The notes under the pieces are model-generated. The model had not been told where the DNA came from, searched no databases, and saw nothing but the letters and a program-made list of their open reading frames with translations. DNA of 64,000 nt from Takakia lepidozioides (lineage: Eukaryota > Plantae > Bryophyta), in the NCBI GenBank assembly GCA_030704615.1, contig CM060733.1, forward strand, positions 25,234,001-25,298,000, in the 5' to 3' direction. The position numbers and the translations under genes are program-made. This document shows positions 11,923 to 26,268 of the stretch, piece after piece; positions within the stretch are counted from its first letter, which is position 1; every line of letters starts with the position of its first letter.

Positions 11923-13223
11923 GCTTGGCTTGCGGTCCCAACACAATGGTACACCTAAAGCCAGACTGACCGTGGTAGTTCGAGAGGTGCTACTGGGTTC
12001 ATGTCTTTGTCTTTTGAAGACCAAAGGCAGCTTCTGACTGGGGTGAATAGGCCTCCAGACACTCTCACTGGGTCCACCGATGTGAGGTAGAACGTGTTTG
12101 ATAGATTGTTTTTTCCCATCCTCAGGCCCCTGATGTGGTCAGCATGTGTTGAAGTCGTATATAAAATCACATAGTTTCGAGAAGCTGTGCATATTATCCA
12201 TTGACTAGGGCGGCAGACTCTAGAATTCTCATTGATACAGGCTATCCAAATTCTGATCATATGCCACCTACCGCATGTCCACCCCAAAATCCAAAGCCAA
12301 ACTCCAAAATTCACAATGGTTGCTTTACATGGGAAAAAAATGGCCATTTCTATCCTGGGACCCCCAAATCACCCCAAATGTGTTCCAATTTTTTAGGTGG
12401 AAGCAAAATTCATCTGGTCATGGTATTGCTAACCTTCATACTCACTACCCTGGAAAAAAATGAAACCATTCTAAGCTGTTGACGTGTAGAGATTGAAAGT
12501 TTACTATAACTTTTTTTACGGTTATTGTGGTAACTTATAGAACATTGGAAGAGAATATCCTCACAATCAAAGTCAAGTAGGCTATAAGGGCCCTACAACC
12601 TAATGAAAATACAATCATCAGATTCACCATAGATTTCTAGCAAATTGGTGAAGTTGAGAGTAGGGTAGTAGCATCCTAAATATGACCCTAGATGCATCTA
12701 GAAGCATGAGAGAGAAGAATCATACTTAGACCCCAACAGATATCAGCTTGTCCTCCACCTTACCTGCACTTTTGGTTTTATATTCCCTATGGTCCATTGG
12801 TAAAGATATCTCACTGGCGGTTATGGAGAATCTATCTTACAGTTGATTTTCCAAGAAGAAGGTGAGTTGCTTCAACTGTTCAAGAATGTTATGAATAGGC
12901 TCCAGTTAACACTCACTGCACAACTGAAACAGATATTTACCAGTCCACAGACTTGACAATCAACTGGTGGAATTGAGCAGCGCTGCTTTTTTGCGGCACC
13001 TGGTCAGGTTGCAGCGCCCACTGCAGCTTCCTCTTCTCTCCTCCATCAGAGCTCCATAAATCTCTTCACCACTGTGGCTTCCGTCTCACAATCAGCCAGT
13101 TGCAATCCACACTTCCAGAGCTCTACGTCTGGGCTGAGAAATCACCTCAAAGGTGACACCTTTGGCATTGCAGTGCAATAGTTTCAGAGCTCTAGCTAGG
13201 AGGCCCCTGTTCCATTGAGAGCA

Positions 13224-14896
13224 ATGGAGCCCAACGAAGGGTTCGACTGCTTCGGATATGCAGCGCACGATCCCAAGGGAGTGCTGGTGCCCTTCAAATT
13301 CAAGCGCAGGTGGGTGCTCAGCTCTTTTCTGATGGCGGAGTTTTGTGGTGTTGAGCTGCGAGGTTCGTTTTGTGGAGTTCGATCGGTGCTGCATGCATGC
13401 AGCTATGCATTGGATTTGTGGGTGGGGGTTACATTAGGGAGGTTTCATCTGATGAGAGGTGTGTTGTTATGGAGTGCAGAAACTCGGGGCCGGATGATGT
13501 GGTGTTTCGCGTCACTCACTGTGGGATTTGCTACGCGGAGGTTGTATGGACCAAGAATTTTCTCGGGGATGTCAAGTACCCTGTTGTTCCGGGGTGAGTG
13601 CCGGCTTCTCTTGATTGATTCTGTTGCATGTTTGTTTGCTGAGAGAATATCTCCGTGATTGAATTGAATTGTATGTCTTGAAGTTTATGTTCAAGAATTC
13701 GTGACTTGTAGCTGTGGTTTTAGCAGCTGGTCCAAATTGATGGAGCCCTTATAATATGTGTGTGTGCTCATGTGCCGCAGGCACGAGATCGTTGGAGTTG
13801 TGACGAAGGTAGGCTCCAATGTCACGAGGTTCAAAATTGGAGATCGTGTAGGAATGGGGTATTACGCCATGACATGCCTGAAATGCGATTCTTGCAAGGA
13901 GGGCATAGATGGGTGTACAAACCATGGCACTAAGTGCTTCAACGAGGTGGATGTGGATGGTACGATTACTCGAGGAGGATTCTCCAACCTGATGCAAGCG
14001 GATCACCGGTAATTGATTGAACTCCTGGAACACTCCTGAATATCTTTAGGACGTTTCTGCTGTATGCGCTTGTAAGCCCGATGATAGCAGAGCAGAATTC
14101 ACAAGGGTTTATTATTGTTTGAAAATTGCAGGATGGTTTCGAAGATTCCGGATTCTCTGTCTTCCGATGTTGCGGCTCCTCTCCTCTGCGCAGGAATCAC
14201 GGTGTACACTCCCATGATCCGCCATGGCATGAACGAGGCTGGGAAGAAGCTGGGCGTCATCGGGCTGGGCGGGCTGGGCCACATGGCAGTGAAGTTTGGA
14301 AAATCGTTTGGTCTCAAGGTGACCGTGTTCAGTACATCGCTCTCTAAGAAGGAAGAAGCGCTTGGTGTACTTGGAGCCGACGCATTTGTGGTGAGTAAAG
14401 ACGAAGAAGCCATGAAGGCCCTAGCTGATACCTTCGATTTCATCATCAACGCAGCAGCTGGAGCGGTTCCCCTGGATCCATATCTTCTCACTCTGAAGCC
14501 GAACGGTGTTCTTGTGATTGTTGGAGCAGCAAAGGAGCTGAAATTCTGCCCAGTGAATTTGTTCAGTCTCGTCACTGCATCTTGTTGTTGAGATGTTCTA
14601 CTTACTCCTGTCAAGTTATTGCAAAGCGCATGATAATGATGGAATGATAATGAGCATGTTGTCCTGATTCTAGGTGTTCAAATGGTGTTGTTGCAGGAAA
14701 GTACATCACGGGGAGTGCAGGCGGTGGGATGAAACTGATGCAAGAGATGCTGGATTTTTGTGGAGAAAAGGGAATAGCGCCAATGATCGAGACAATCGAC
14801 ATCCAGTATGTCAATAAGGCATTAGAGCGAATGATGCAGAATGATGTTCATTACCGCTTTGTGGTCGATATTGAGAAATCCTTGAAGCCAGAGTGA
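13224..14896 (+). CDS. CAD: Cinnamyl alcohol dehydrogenase, CAD1-like (Zn-dependent medium-chain dehydrogenase)
   Basis: Exons 13224-13309, 13480-13593, 13781-14008, 14132-~14565, 14697-14896. Motifs: CGICYAE, GHEIVGVV, CxxCxxCx7[29 protein letters not shown]. Confidence 0.93.
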
Positions 14897-15972
14897 GGGA
14901 TTTGGAATCGTACTTCTAACAAGGAACGTTGATGTTTCGAATGTACTTATTTAGATATACCTGTGTAAGATTGATCTGCTCCATATGCGTTGTATTTCTT
15001 CACAGTCGCTTGTTTATTCGCACACGTCCGATAACTGTGACGCTGAGGAACTTAAATGTTACGAACTTACAGACAATGACCAAGGAACCTGGCTAGAAAT
15101 AAGAACACAGAGCCTGCCTCAGGCCCGGAGACTTCAAGCAAAGTTCTCATTCAAGAAATACTTACAGAAGCTCGTGTTGTCAGCAGCCTATGAGGACCAG
15201 AGCACAGAACGCTGATCATCTTTGCATGTACTCATACGTAACACTGCTTCCTCATGCCATAGCTTTGTGTGCAATTTACCATTGACTCTGCAAACCCGTC
15301 AAATGTTCTAAAATATATAACATTTCGTAGATGCCAATGGCAAGGAACTTGGGTGAAACGATGATTCAAGCTCGCCTGCAACAGGGTTTTAGATCAGTAA
15401 ACGATGACTGCTATTGTTGTTTGTTTGTTTTGTCTTCCTAAGATTGTTTGCTGAGATCTCGTTGGTATCAGTTAGAGCTATGAGTCAGAACAGAGGGTAT
15501 GCAATGTGTTGCTCTGGAAACTATGACGTGTTGGTGATTTTATTTACCCTACCTTTTTTGGGGATGTTCTCTTGTATGATTAGCCAGCATTGTCTCACAT
15601 GTAAGAGAGCTTGTGCACTTGCAGTTGCGAGAATTTTGACATTCTGATGGCATGTATGTAGCTGAATCGAGGAGTTTCTGCTGTTGAGCGGGCATAATGG
15701 CTACAACAAAGAAGAACACGCAAACAGGGGAACGCAACAACCGGGGATCTCTGGTGCAGTCTCAGTGATGCGCAGGATAGGAAAGCGAGAGGCAACTCTT
15801 TGTTTAGAGAGGGCAAGCACAAGAGAGCCGCTGAAGAATATGTTAACGCACTCAGAGTAGTTAGTTCTTTTGTCAGTAGCCCGAATCTTGACATCACATC
15901 ACTTGTGGTGGCACTAAGATCAAATTTGGCTGCGTGCTATCTCGCTATTTCTGGTGGATTGAAACTGCTAGA

Positions 15973-16273
15973 TGTTGGAAGTAATTAAACATAACTAGAA
16001 GACTAAGAGTCTTGAAGGCCAAAGGTTTAGAAGTCTAAGAGACTATCTTGTTTAACTCACCTTTGGAAGGTGAATGGCTAGAAGGTGGATGGTCACCATA
16101 GTGGAAGTGACCAAGTAGGATTTTCTAGAGACCTTCTTGTACAAGCTCGGGGGTGAAGCCACTAGTCTAAGTATAAGAGTATGATGGTGGTTTCTATGGT
16201 TGGGAAGAGAGCTTTAGTTTTAGCTTTAGTCTAAGACTTTAGTTCTTGTTTATGTTCTTGCTCAATTCTAACA
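15973..16273 (+). repeat. Copia 5' LTR (301 bp)
   Basis: tgttggaagtaatt..ttctaaca followed by the tRNA-iMet PBS; the first 137 bp recur at 26132. Confidence 0.93.
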
Positions 16274-18799
16274 TGGTATCAGAGCCATTCTTCTCTAGGT
16301 GAGAGTTGGTAGTTGAGATTGAGAGAACTTGATTATGGCTGGAGCGTCATCTTCTAGCAAAGACGAGTGCATTAGATGTGAGAGTGGAAGATCGATTCAA
16401 TGGAACTAACTATCAAACCTGGAAGTTTAGGATGAAGATGGTACTTCTAGACAAAGATCTATGGGGAGTGGTTGATGGATTAGTCCCAAGACCTGACACT
16501 ATTGTTGGCCAAGCCATATGGGATAGGAAAGATCAGAAAGCAAGAGCTAGCATCATCACAAGCTTGAGAGACAATAAGTTGCATCTCATTATAAGTGCTA
16601 GGAATGCTAAGGATGTTTGGGACAAGCTAGCAAGTATATATGAGACGAAGGATGTCACATCGCAAGTGTATGCGACGCAAAAGTTCTATGGTCTGAAGAT
16701 GACCGAGTCAGACTCAGTTGAACAACACTTGAATTTGTTTGGTGTGTTGCGAGATCAACTAGTCTCTGTGGGAACTAATATGACTGATGAACACGCCGCA
16801 GTGGTGTTATTGGCAACCTTACCTGAATCCTATGATGGTTTTGTGATGTCTCTAGCAGGACAAACCAACTTAACTATTGATGTTGTCATAGGACTTCTCC
16901 TCAAAGAGGAAACATGAAGAAAATGTCAAGGTACGTCTACAGAGATAGACAGAGCTTTGTTCACAGGCAAGATTGGAGTAGTCTTGAATAAAAGACTCCC
17001 TTCATATGTGTCTCAAAAGTCCCAGAGGTTTCAGAAATCTCAATCTAGCTCAAAGATAAAAAAGGCCAAAGTAAGGTGCTTTTATGATCAAGGATTGTAG
17101 AAAGCGCATTGCAAATGAGCGCAGCAGAGATGGTCAAGGGAACATAGCTACTCATCAGAGGAACGCTATTCTATTTGTTGTGTCTCTCTCAGCCACTACT
17201 AGACAGAAACATGTGTGGTATGTTGATTCAGGAGCATCTCAACATATGAGTTCAGAGAGAGAGCATTTCTTATCCTATAGATCTCTTTCACCTACACAAT
17301 ATGTTCTTTTGGGAGATGATAGCAAGCATGTCATTAGTGGGGAAGGCTCAGTCTCTCTTATGCTCAATGAAGGGGAAACCATAGAGGTGGAAAATGTCCT
17401 ACATGTCCCTACTTTAACAAAGAACCTGTTGTCGGTAAGGCATTGTTGCAAAGGGATACAAAGTGGTATTCCAAGATGAGAATTGTACTATCATAGATAG
17501 CTCAGGAGCTGTAATAGCAAGAGCTATTCTTGATAATCGCTTGTATAGATTACAACATCATGTCTCTAGTGCTCTTACCACATTTTCACCACAATTGGGA
17601 TCTACACCTGTCATGTCAGAAACAGAGTTGTGGCATAGAAGGTTAGGTCATGTGAGCATTAAGAAGTTGAGACAGATGCAACTCTCAAGCCATCTTGTAG
17701 AAGAACTACCATTGAAGGAGATGAGCGATATGCGTCTATGCAAAGGTTGCTTGGAAGGGAAGCAACATCGAGGTCAATTTCCTAAGGATGGTGGACGAAG
17801 AGCCACAAATATATTGGAGATTGTATATTCTGATGTGTGCGGGCCAATGCAAACCACATCACTTGGAGGAGCAAAGTACTTTGTGACATTCATTGATGAT
17901 TTGTCAAGGAGGGTTGTGGTGAATTTCCTAAGGCAAAAAAGTCAAGTGCTAGAGAAATTGAAGGAGTTCAAAGTACTTGCAGAAAAACAAACTGGAAAGC
18001 CTCTTAAGATTTTGAGATTTGACAATGGTGGTGAGTACATCTCAAAGGCTTTCAATCAGTTTTGTTAAGAGAATGGAATAGCTCGACAGCTTACTGTTCC
18101 ATATACACCTGAGCAGAATGGTGTAGCTGAGCGGATGAACAGATCACTACAAGAATCTGCAAGGAGTATGTTGAAAGAAATGAATATTTCAAATCATTTT
18201 TGGGCAGAAGCTGTTGGCACTGCAGCATATCTTCACAACAGAATACCTACCAAATCAGTGTTGGGAAAACACCAGAAGATGTATGGAGTGGTTAGAAGCC
18301 TAGTGTGGCTCATTGTAGGATTTTTGAATGTCGTGCATATGTCCATATCCCTACTCAGAAGCGAAGGAAACTTGACTCCAAATCAGAAGGATGCATCTTC
18401 ATTGGCTACACAGAAGGTGTGAAGGGATAAAAGTTGTTTAATAAGACAACTAAGGCTGTCAAACATAGTAGGGACGTAATGTTTGATGAAGGCTTCATAC
18501 CCTTTTTGGTAGTGGGAGAAGATGATATGGGAATGAGCTTAGAGCCATTACACCATTTCCAAGAGGAGTCTTATGAGGAGCCAATACAAGAGATGGCTGA
18601 AGCAAATAATGGAGGTGTTCAACTTGATGGAGTTGAAGTTGGTGAACCACTTGTCGATATGGACTCTAGAGATGAAGTTGAAGATGTGCCAATTCTAAGG
18701 AGATCTCAGCGGGAAAGAAAAGCTCCTAGTAGGCTGATTACATCTATGAGTCCCATTGAAGCTATGGAAGAAGCATCACAAGTGGTTGAGCCTGCTACA

Positions 18800-19524
18800 T
18801 GTCGCGCACCTCACTTCGGTAAGCTCCCCTTCAAGTCATAGTTACTCGCTTTGATGCGCGTGCCTAACTCCCAAACTGGCCGCCGGGCCAACTTGGAGCT
18901 TCGGCTGCTCACCGGGGCATAACGGTCCCCCTTCGGTCTCCCAAAGAACCCTCCACCGATTTGGGCCCAACGGGAATTCCCTTTGGTAGTTGGCAGTCCG
19001 GAACAGCTCCCCACTCTTTGGTCGCTTTCCGGCTCGCTCGCTTACTCATTAGTTTTTTGTCACCAACGGGCTTGCACCGTTCTCGGGGTTACTACTCCCT
19101 ATATATACTTCTGTAGCTGTCCGCGGGGGTTTCACAAACAACCATGTCATTTTATGGCGAACCACCACGAAAACCCTCGATTCCTGGTGGTGAGTCGCGG
19201 TGAGTCTTGGCCCACTCACCACGGCCCCATTGGGCCGTGATGAGTCCCAAGACTCCCCACGACTCCCACCACGAGGTCTCCACCCCATGGTGAGTCCTAT
19301 GCCACCCCCACTAAGTCCCGCTAAGCTACCACCACCCCTTGTGGAGCCACCCCCACCGCAACCCGGTGTGCGGGGCTTCGCCTAGTGAGCGCCTGTGCCT
19401 CCTTGATTGCCTTGGGCACTCAAGGGTGCTTCAGCCCCCGTACCTATCGCTGCTACTGCCCCCACCACAGGGGCAGCCCCTTCTGTGTCCCGACCCCTTG
19501 CCCTCAAGGCAAAGGCCCGCGACA
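18800..19524 (-). repeat. Gypsy 3' LTR
   Basis: TG..CA ends; near-identical to 23813-24534; adjacent purine tract. Confidence 0.95.
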
Positions 19525-22500
19525 CACACCCCTACCAACAGGGAGTCGATGTCCTCATCGACTTGTCCATTTTGTAGAAACGAACATCCAAGTTGTGGCG
19601 TCCCACATCAAGGAGTTTGTTTCCGCACCATGGCGTCCTATGGCAAAGAACCAAACCCCACACTTGACTCTACTCTCCACTAGCTAGTTCGGCCGACTTC
19701 CTCCAAGTCCCGGCCAAGGGTGGAGCCTCTCCAGCTCCTCCCAGTGCACTCTTCTTGCCCTACTTCAAGGCCAAGGAACGATCCTCCCCGAGGATCGAAT
19801 CGCCTTACTGCAACAACATTGTTTGCGACCGCTCATGATGCCGCTTTTGGCATCACCTTGAGTAAGGGTTCACCTGGAACCCTCTTTAACTAGGAAGATA
19901 ACCGTGAACCAACCGTGCGCCCCAATCACTCCAATTGGGTCCGCCTTGGAATGCTGGCAGTGTTCCACCCAGTCTGTTTGGTCTGCCGACACGTAATTCC
20001 GCAAGATCTGCTTCACTACGGAATTCACTCTTTCTGTTTGGCCGTGGGTCGTAGGTCGGAAGGCGGTGCTCATCTTCAGCCTCGTCCCCATCTTCTTCCA
20101 AAGTGCCCTCCAAAATTTACTCGTAAACTTTGGATCGCGGTCCGAGACAATATCCTTCGGGACTCCATGATGCTTTAAGACGGTGACGAAGTAAAGTCGC
20201 CCTGTTTCCTGCGCCGTTGCCGTCTCCTTGGTGGAGAGGAAATGACCCATTTTACTGAACCTATCCACCACCACCATCATTGCATCGAATCCTTTTGACA
20301 GCGGCATAGCAGTCATGAAATCCATCGAGACGCTTTCCCAAGTCCCCTCTGGAATCGACAAGGGTTGTAACAGCCCCGCTTGCTTTTTGTACTCGCTCCG
20401 GTTTTGTTGGCAAGTGGTGCATGTCTTGACATACTCCTCTGCCTCCTCCCTCAGTTTGGGCCATAAATACTCTTTCTTCAAGAGTGCCGCAGTGCGCTTG
20501 GCTCCGCCGTGACCCGCAAGCAGGCTATCATGACATTCTCTCAAGAGACTATCTCTGATCCCTCCCTTCGGCACGTAGAGACGTTTTTGCTTATACCGGA
20601 GCAGTCCATTTTGCAAGTGGAACTGCGATTTAACCCCCATCCTCAAGTCCTGCATCACGGACTTCGCCAACTCATCCTTCCGGTAAGCCTTTCGGATCTT
20701 CCTTTGGAGCGCCGTCTCGCCCTTGTACACCAACAAGAGCTGCTGCTTTCTACTTAAAGCATCGGCCACCACGTTGTCTCGTCCCGGTTTGTACTGGATA
20801 TCCACGTCGAACATCGCCAAAGTATCTTGCCACCTAAGTTGTTTTGGGGACAACTTGGGCTGCGTGGCAAAATACTTACATTGTCCGTGAACACCTTCAC
20901 TGGGTTGGAACCAACATAGTGGCGCCAAAGCTCAAGACAGTGCACCACTGCCTTCATCTCTTTCTCGTGCGTCGGCCACCGTCGCTCCACTTCATTCAGT
21001 TTCTTACTTTCGTAAGCCACTGGACATCCATCTTGCATCAGTACACCCCCAATCGCGAAGTCCGACGCATCTGTATGTATCTCGAACGGACGATCGAACT
21101 CCGGGATTTTCAAGACTGGAGCTTCCGCCATCCGCTGCTTCAATTCAGCAAAAGCTTGGCCACAAAAGGTGTTCCATGCCCAGACTTTAGATTTACACAG
21201 AAGGTCTGACAGCGGCCCCGCAATTTTGGCGAAATTTCTCACATACTTCCGGTAATAGGAGGCGAGTCCTAGGAAGGATCGCACTCCCGGGACCGAAGTC
21301 GGAGGCTCCCAGTCCAAAATTGCCCGCACCTTCCTGTCATCCATTCTGATCCCATCCTGTGTAATCACATGCCCCAGGAACTCCACTTTTGTGACCCCGA
21401 ATTCGCACTTTGAAGCTTTGGCATACAGCTTCCCTTCCCGCAATTTCTGGAACACCCTTTTGAGGTGCTCCAGGTGCTCCTCCTTTGTTTTCGAATACAC
21501 CAAGATGTCGTCGATGTACACGATCACAAAGTCATCCAACCACTCCTGGAAAGGCTGTTCATCAGCGTGCTAAATGTCGCTGGTGCATTGGTGAGCCAAA
21601 AGGCATCACCAAGAACTCATATGAACCATACCTTGTCCTGCACGCGGTCTTCTCCTCATCTCCTTCCGCCACCCGAATTTGATGATAGCCGGAGCGCAAG
21701 TCGATCCGGCTGAAATACTTCGCTCCTGCCAACCAATCGAAGAGGTCGTCGATCCTTGGCAAAGGATACCGGTTTTTGATAGTCACCTTATTCAGAGCCC
21801 TGTAATCGACACACATCCGCAGTGTCCCATCCTTTTTATCTGCAAATAGCACCGGGGTTCCGTAAGGTGACTTACTCGGCAGGATGTACCCCTTTGACAT
21901 TAGATCTTTGAGCTGAGTCTTCAGCTCGACCAACTCTCTGTGGCTCAACCGGTAGGGTGCCTTGGCAGGCGGTTCCGATCCCGGTATCACCTCAATCTTG
22001 TGGTCAACTCCTCTTCGCGGTGGCAAGCCGCTTGGCAAATCCTCCGGCATCACATCATGGTCCTTCTCCCTTCACTTCTCTAATGTAGAGCAAAAACTGG
22101 GGCTCGTGTGCCTCCTCCACGGCCCACTCCCTTGCTGACAGAAGGTTTATTCGCCCTCCCACGGGTTTGGGCGTTTCCGAAACTCGTAAGACCTCGCCAC
22201 CATTCCAACATGGCAGCGTGACTACCTTCTTGCGGCCATCTATGACCGCTCCGGATTTGCTCAAAAAGGTCATCCCCAAAATAAGATCCACTCTATCGAT
22301 CTCGCAGATGGTGAAGTTCTCACATCCCTCCCAACTCCCCAGTTGAAGAGGAACATCGAATGCCAACCTCGTCGCCAATTGCGGTTCTCCTTTGGCAGAA
22401 CGCACCTCAATAGCGGCCCCTACGTCAGTTGTCGGGAGTCCCAGCTTTTGTGTCGTTGCCGGTGTCATGAAGAAGTGCGACGCTCCTGTGTCCACCAACA

Positions 22501-23812
22501 ATGACACGTTAGTTCCGGATATTATCCCATCCACGAACAATAAGTGACTCCCTTTACGCAATGCGCCAGTTTCCTGATACAACTCACAAGAATATTTGCC
22601 TACCTTGCAAGTCCTGGCGACCACCGCTTCCACCAAGCGACTGATGGTATCTTCCGACAGCTCCGTGGTTGCCCGAGTCATGTTCAATTGTCGGGGTTTC
22701 GTGCACTTCTTGGCCATGTGCCCGGGCTCTCCGCAATTGAAACACACTCCATCAAAGGTCGCCTTCTGTCCGCCATAAGCTGCTCCACCCGCTTTTCCTT
22801 TCGAAGCACCGGGTGCCGCCTTGACGTGTGAAGGCCCTCCCTTTGATTTCCACGTGCCATTGTCGCCGCGTGGCCTATCCCACTTCTTTTCCGGTCGGAA
22901 GGAGTCACCTTCCCGCCGGGTCTTCTTGTGGTTCAGCTCCGTACGGCCTTGTCTTTCACCCCTAGGGACATCTGAGAAACATTCAGCCCTCTCAATTTCC
23001 TCGTTCAAAGTCTTAGGTGGCTTCTCCTCCAACTTCCGCTTGGCCCATGGGGCCAGTCCCGCCACAAAGTTGAAGACCATTTCCGGTTCTGCCATGTCCG
23101 CGACTTCGAGCAAAAGCACATTGAAAGCCTGGACATATCCCCGAATGTCGTCTGTTTGCTTCAAATTCCTCATCTTGTCCCGGGCAAGCCAGAACGCGTT
23201 GAGGGGCACAAACTGTCTCTTCATCAATTCCCACTCCAGTTCAAGGTTTCCGGGCTTGGACCTCGGTCGTGAAGGCGTTTCTGCCACCATTGTTGAGCAT
23301 AGCCCCTCAAATAGGTGGGAGCCACTTCCACCCGATCCTCGTCACTCAACTTGGCTGCCCGGAAGTACTGCTCTAGCTCCAAGAGCCAGGTGTTGAGTGC
23401 CTTCCGATTTCGGACGCCCTCGAAGGTGCTGGGTTCCTTAGGCTTCACCTTAAACTTTGCATTAGTGGAAGTGGCATTAGCCGCCTTCAACACGTCTTTT
23501 AACGTCCCGCCAAACTGCGCCAACAACCCTTCCCAAAAAGCTGCCAGCATGGGAGGCATCTGTTGGTCTGTTGGAGCTCTCAGGGATTCCTCGGGCTCCG
23601 ACTCCTCGGATTCCTCCCGCTCTTGAGCAGCCTCGTTTTCAGAAACTTGCGTCGCTTCCTCAAACGGCCGCTTCGGTGACACGTCGCCCCCATCGGGCTC
23701 ACCAGGATCATCATCTTTTGGGCCGTTCCGCTTTCGCTTTGGCTTGCCCGACCCCATGATGAGGCCAATCCCAAGGACGATCGCGTACTGAACTCTAAGC
23801 TCTGATACCAAG

Positions 23813-24534
23813 TGTCGCGCACCTCACTTCGGTAAGCTCCCCTTCAAGTCATAGTTACTCGCTTTGATGCGCGTGCCTAACTCCCAACCTGGCCGCCGGG
23901 CCAACTTGGAGCTTCGGCTGCTCACCGGGGCATAACGGTCCCCTTCGGTCTCCCAAAGAACCCTCCACCGATTTGGGCCCAGCGGGAATTCCCTTTGGTA
24001 GTTGGCAGTCCGGAATAGCTCCCCACTCTTTGGTCGTTTCCGGCTCGTTCGCTTATTCACTAGTTTTTTGTCGCCAACGGGCTTGCACCGTTCTCGGGGT
24101 TACTACTTCCTATATATACTTCTGTAGCTGTCCGCGGGGGTTTCACAAACAACCATGCCATTTTATGGCGAACCACCACGAAAACCCTCGACTCCCAGTG
24201 GTGAGTCGCGGTGAGTCTTGGCCCACTCACCACGGCCCCATTGGGCCGTGATGAGTCCCAAGACTCCCACGACTCCCACCACGAGGTCTCCACCCCATGG
24301 TGAGTCCTATGCCACCCCCACTAAGTCCCGCTAAGCTACCACCACCCCTTGTGGAGCCACCCCCACCGCAACCCGGTGTGCGGGGCTTCGCCTAGTGAGC
24401 GCCTGTGCCTCCTTGAGTGCCTTGGGCACTCAAGGGTGTTTCAGCCCCCGTACCTATCGCTGCTACTGCCCCCACCACAGGGGCAGCCCCTTCTGTGTCC
24501 CGACCCCTTGCCCTCAAGGCAAAGGGCCGTGACA
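23813..24534 (-). repeat. Gypsy 5' LTR
   Basis: Followed on the minus strand by PBS TGGTATCAGAGC and gag. Confidence 0.95.
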
Positions 24535-26131
24535 CTACATATGAGGAAGCGATGCGCTCTCCAGACAAACTACAATGGGAATAAACAATCAACTCAGAGT
24601 TGGATTCATTGATGCAAAACAAAACATGGACACTTACTAGGTTGCCTGTAGGACGAAGAGCCATTGGTTGCAAGTGGATCTTCAAGTTGAAGTACAAAGC
24701 TGATGGATCTATTTACCGGTACAAAGCTCGTCTTGTAGCTAAAGGCTATGCACAAATTCAAGGAGTGGATTACAATGAAACCTTCTCACCAGTGGTGAAG
24801 ATTTATTCTATCAGAGTGTTGTTAGCTCTTGTAGCTCAACATGATCACGAAGTTCATCAAATGGATGTTAAGACGACATTACGAATGGAGAACTACAAGA
24901 AGAGATCTACATGAGACAACCTGAAGGGTTTGTACAACGAGGAAGTGATATTGTGTGTAAGCTGCAAAAGAGTTTGTATGGACTAAAACAAAGTCCTCGA
25001 GCTTGGTATGCCATGATCGATGTTTACCTCTTAAAGACAAGATTTGAGCGAAGCATTGCTGACACAAACATCTATGTGAAAAAGATGGGCGAGCAATTTA
25101 TGGTCATAACTCTATATGTGGATGACACAATCATTGTTACCAACGATCATCAAAGGTTGTTGCCAGAAACCAAAGCATTGTTGAGTGCTGAGTTTGTCAT
25201 GACTGACATGGGTGAGATTCGGTTTTGTCTTGGTATTCAAATCAGCAGAGATCGAGTGAACCATACAATATTCATGCATCAACGACAATACATTGAAACA
25301 ATTCTACAAAGGTTTAAGTTGGAGATGAGTAAGCCAACATCAACTCCTCTCGAAGATAGTTTAAAACTTACGAAAGATATGACACCTAAGACTCAAGAAG
25401 AGCAAGAGGATATGAGGAAAACTCCTTATCAAAGCGCAGTCGGCAGTTTGATGTATTGCATGGTTTGTACTAGGCCAGACATTGCACATTCAGTAAGAGT
25501 GGTTTCACAATTTCTTTCAAATCCCGGACAAACCCATTGGAAAGCAGTGAAGAGGATATTTCGATATCTAAGAGGAACATCAACCTCTGGTCTACTCTAC
25601 AAGAGAGTGGAAGATCAAAGTTTGTTGGGGTTTGCTGATGCTGACTGGGCAGGAGACGTTGATAGTAGAAAATCAACTTCAGGCCATTGTTTTCTCATAG
25701 CAGGTGAAGCTATATCTTGGTCTAGCAAACGACAAGTTGCAATAACGTTGTCATCAACAGAAGCTGAATACATGTCCATTACACAAGCAGCAAATGAGAC
25801 TATTTGGTGACGGAAGTTGCTTGGAGATTTGGATCATCTCCAATCACTACCTACGACTCTCTATTATGACAATCAAAGTGCGATTGCACTAAGTCAGAAT
25901 CCGAAGTATCATTCAAGGACAAAGCACATTGAAGTGCAACATCATTACATACGGGAAGTTGTATGCAAAGGAGAGATCAAGGTGATCTATTGTGCTACAG
26001 GAGATATGGTTGCGGATGTTTTGACGAAGAGTCTACCACAAACAAAACATATGAAGTGTTCAGCCTTACTTGGTGTCTCTTCTCCAAAGACAAACGAAGT
26101 AGCTCAATGATATGGTTTAATTGAGTAGGAG

Positions 26132-26268
26132 TGTTGGAAGTAATTAAACATATCTAGAAGACTAAAAGTCTTGAAGGCCAAAGGTTTAGAAGTCTAAGAG
26201 ACTATCTTGTTTAACTCACCTTTGGAAGATGAATGGCTAGAAGGTGGATGGTCACCATAGTGGAAGTG
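26132..26268 (+). repeat. Copia 3' LTR, truncated
   Basis: Copy of 15973-16109 with about 3 mismatches, after the PPT ttgagtaggag. Confidence 0.9.

Larger units (their letters stand above)
18800..24534 (-). mobile_element. Ty3/gypsy LTR retrotransposon (chromovirus family) nested in the Copia
   Basis: LTRs 23813-24534 and 18800-19524; TSD CTACA (18795-18799 / 24535-24539); PBS 23799-23810; gag-zinc knuckle-PR (LVDTGA)-RT (YIDD)-RH-IN at 23811-19960. The IN C-terminus and chromodomain are deleted at ~19960. Confidence 0.97.
15973..26268 (+). mobile_element. Ty1/copia LTR retrotransposon (defective)
   Basis: 5' LTR 15973-16273 (TG..CA), PBS TGGTATCAGAGCC 16274-16286, gag, PR (WYVDSGAS), GAG-pre-integrase (WHRRLGH), IN, RT (YKARLVAKG, LYVDD), RNase H (DADWAG), PPT, 3' LTR from 26132 truncated at 26268. 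Many stops and frameshifts. Confidence 0.96.

Noticed and set aside
19525-19690. Small antisense Cys/His-rich ORF in the Gypsy 3' UTR
   Set aside because: Frameshifted in the second copy (~50120), so it is not conserved.
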